A stretch of 61,935 nucleotides of DNA, the filler included, from Sphacelaria rigidula (taxonomy: Eukaryota), in the NCBI GenBank assembly GCA_964200075.2. It is 11 parts of 11 records of this genome, joined end to end, with 100 filler letters (N's around TTAATTAATTAA, not from the genome) between each part and the next. Parts side by side here need not be neighbours in the genome. Positions count along the whole stretch, not along the records: positions 56,397 to 61,935 come from CAXNAA020026514.1; 10 more parts are not named here. The stretch is one strand, 5' to 3'. Both the position numbers and the translations under genes were made by a program. The notes beneath the pieces are model-generated. The model saw only the letters and a list, made by a program, of their open reading frames with translations. It made no database searches and was not told the origin of the DNA. Of the stretch, positions 61,677 through 61,935 are shown one piece after another. How positions within the stretch are numbered: the first letter of the stretch is position 1; the number at the start of each line of letters is the position of its first letter.

Positions 61677-61829
61677 CTTGGTCGGGTTGGCCTCTTTTTC
61701 TTCGCCGACCAGTGCTTCGGCGATTGTGTCGATGAGTCTTGATTCCTCCTCGACCAACTGCCTGTCCTTGTCACTTGAGTTCACGCCACCTACGTGCTGT
61801 CCGACCACGTAGTCCAGAGCCGCGCGGAT
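61677..61829 (-). CDS. Internal exon of an unknown protein, probably the same gene as 57324-58562
   Basis: T-run + CAG acceptor, 51 codons IRAALDYVVG...EEKEANPTK, AAG|GTACAG donor; phase 0, compatible with the terminal exon. Confidence 0.75.
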
Positions 61830-61873
61830 CTGAAAAAAAAAATCCAAGACGGGCCACAATGGTCAGGAGATAA

Positions 61874-61874
<1 letters not shown>

Positions 61875-61935
<61 letters not shown>
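61875..61935 (+). repeat. (AAT)n microsatellite at the contig end
   Basis: About 20 AAT units. Confidence 0.97.

Noticed and set aside
1..61935. Fanzor/TnpB, viral (NCLDV) or tyrosine-recombinase genes
   Set aside because: I looked for RuvC, capsid and recombinase motifs in the ORF track and recognised none; a profile-HMM search of the six frames would be needed to exclude decayed copies.

Overview
This window is not contiguous DNA. It holds eleven unplaced eukaryotic contigs (six of 5540 bp, five of 5539 bp, so size-sorted) joined by artificial 100-bp linkers (44 N + TTAATTAATTAA + 44 N). Short GT-AG exons in long repeat-filled introns and the transposon repertoire suggest an alga, most plausibly a brown alga (inference). 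Most of the sequence is transposon debris: four Ty3/gypsy remnants, a copia fragment, two or more LINE families, a Penelope-like RT, a hAT-like BED-finger exon, tRNA-derived SINEs, and many MITEs of Tc1/mariner, piggyBac, Harbinger and CAC-terminated types. Host exons recognised by eye: a GT13 (GnT-I-like) glycosyltransferase, ribose-5-phosphate isomerase A, and an orphan gene with a Gly/Ser/His-rich last exon. The best candidate for a new system is a head-to-head pair of first exons whose start codons are 283 bp apart: a plant-FRO-like ferric-chelate reductase and a FEA1-like secreted iron-assimilation protein, possibly a co-regulated iron-uptake module. Also notable are a LINE family ending in poly(C) rather than poly(A), and a gypsy integrase with tandem chromo-like and Tudor-like domains. 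All family assignments come from motif recognition, not database searches.
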